From the human T2T-CHM13v2.0 reference genome, Homo sapiens: a stretch of 64,000 nucleotides of DNA. This document shows positions 62,112 to 64,000 of the stretch, one piece after another. The translations under genes and the position numbers were made by a program. The notes under the pieces are model-generated. The model did not search any database, was not told the DNA's origin, and saw nothing but the letters and a program-made list of their open reading frames with translations. Within the stretch, counting starts at the first letter, position 1, and the number at the start of each line of letters is the position of its first letter. The stretch is taken from the NCBI RefSeq assembly GCF_009914755.1, contig NC_060939.1; one strand, given 5' to 3'.

Positions 62112-64000
62112 TGAGAGCCAACATTCAAACTGCTAAGTCAGAAATCTGGGAGTCATCCTCAGCACCCTTTCCCTCCAACCTAACTCCCACTTCCAAGCAG
62201 CCACCTCCTAAATCTCTCTTCAGTCTTTCTAGTTTTCTCTGTCCTTACAGCCATCAACCCAACTTCAGCCACTACTCTCTCTTATCTAGACCACTGTTGG
62301 CAGCCTTTTAACTGGGTTTCCTGCCTCTAATCCCACTCTACAGCAAGCCCCAATGTAGCTAGAGTTTAGTCACATCACTTATCCTGTTGACTGGACTTTA
62401 CTGGCCTTCTTTGACCTTAGGATAAAGCTCCATTCCTTACCAGGGCTTATTAGGCCATTTCATGACCTTTCCATCTATCACCTCTTTAGCTTCAGAACTT
62501 GCTGATCCACCCTAGAGTTGTGTACTTCAGCTAGACACCTTGAGTTCCTTGAATATGGCATGAAGGCTTCTCGCCTGTAGGCCTTTTCCACGCGCAGTTC
62601 TTTCTATGCGGAATACTATCTTCACCCCCACTAACTTCTACTTTTAGATCTCCTTCAACAGCTCTCTAGGAAAGCCTTTTCAATGTGCACTTTCTCCTTT
62701 TCCCCCCATACACTTAGGTCAGGTGTTCCTCTTCTGCACTCCCAAAGTACCTTGTGCTTCAGTTATCATAGAAAAATATCACACTCTCTGTATCCCCACT
62801 TCCAGAAACTGTAAATTCTTTAAGGACGGGGAAGTTCAATTTAATATTCCTTGGACCTAGTACTATTGACAATTAAAGTTACTTAATAAATACTACCTGT
62901 ACTAAGAATAGATGGGAGGAAGGAAGAAATGCTACTGGAATCTGGTAACAATGGGCCAGGGATCAAAATATTCATAACCTGAGTGCTTATGAGTAACTAG
63001 ATGTTAGAAGTTACTACCTATTTGAAGTAATTAACACTAAGATGTGATTAGAGCTTAATCCTGCCAGAGGCCAGTAGTTTTCCAAATTGCTAACTGGACT
63101 GACAAAGACGTGTATGAGTATACTACAAGACTGTACAGTGACAAAAGCAAAATTTATGCATGACTGGAATTTCTGCTCCATCCCTACAAGCTGTGTAACC
63201 CTGGGCATGTTACTTAGCCTCTATGTCTCCATTCTCAAAGATTGGGATAACACTGACCTCACAGAGCTGTTTATGAAGATTAAAGGGCAATAACATACAT
63301 CAAGTGCCAGACAATAAATGCTAGTTTCCTTCCGTGTTCTACTTCCCTTTTCCCAATAAGACAGTTTTGCCCCAGCAAACCTCGACTCTCTCATTTGGCC
63401 AGAGGAGTCCTGGGGCAGGGTCTCCTATGGCAAAGCCACACTCTAGGAGCAGCTTCCCTGAAGGGTTTTTCATGAGCCTCTTATAGGAGACTGAAGGCTT
63501 CACTACTGTGAGATGCCATTCTGTATATGAACAGGCTGACACTTCAAAATACAAGAGGGACATGGCCTTAGAACTCTGAATCTCCCCCAACCTAGGACTG
63601 CAGCTCCAGGCAAAACAACAAAGCCACTAATGTGGAATCCTAGTTACAACAAGGACAAGGTTGAACAAACAGTAAGTAGTTAAACTTTTCATGCATAACA
63701 GTGTACCTAGTAAGGCATCTCTCTTACCCCCTCAATCCCAAGAGCTTTACAAAAGAAGGGGAAGGCTGCTTAATGACAGCTGACAAACACCCATACGTCC
63801 TGTATTTTTGAGTATACGCTTCCACAGAAAGGAGCTCTACACCACACCCAAGCCTAACCAGCCTCAAGATGTGGACACAACAATAGCATACAGCAGTTGG
63901 CTGGGGATCAGGGCTGAGTGTGTGGCCAGGAAGCTTAAGCAAATGCCACAGCTTGAAACAGGAACAAAGGACAAGAAGAGAGAAGACTCAAGTTCCTGAC

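Overview
Human (primate) genomic DNA recognisable as the chr15q23 CELF6-HEXA interval. Both genes are on the minus strand. HEXA (beta-hexosaminidase alpha chain) coding exons 2-14 lie at 38552-51412, all with GT-AG boundaries and expected lengths; exon 1 is beyond the right edge. Three clusters of poly(A) signals follow, out to ~35400. CELF6 (BRUNOL6) exons 1-2 lie at 14087-14348 and 10319-10401 below a CpG-island promoter; exon 3 onward is beyond the left edge. The remainder is dense Alu/L1/L2/MIR/LTR/DNA-transposon sequence, and nearly all other ORFs in the track are repeat-derived noise. I found no new protein-coding system. The best leads are regulatory or structural: (1) a young AluYa5 with a perfect TSD in HEXA intron 10, probably absent from the reference genome; (2) a near-perfect REST/RE1 site written in frame into CELF6 codons 20-26; (3) a 26-bp-phased triple RFX X-box plus double CCAAT module in CELF6 intron 2 that could be a REST-independent alternative promoter; (4) an unidentified ~140-bp mRNA 3'-end retrocopy with TSD and hairpin; (5) an MLT2A solo LTR with DUX4-like motifs pointing toward CELF6; (6) a convergent CTCF motif pair; (7) several template-switch scars. 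Repeat coordinates and subfamily calls are by eye and approximate.
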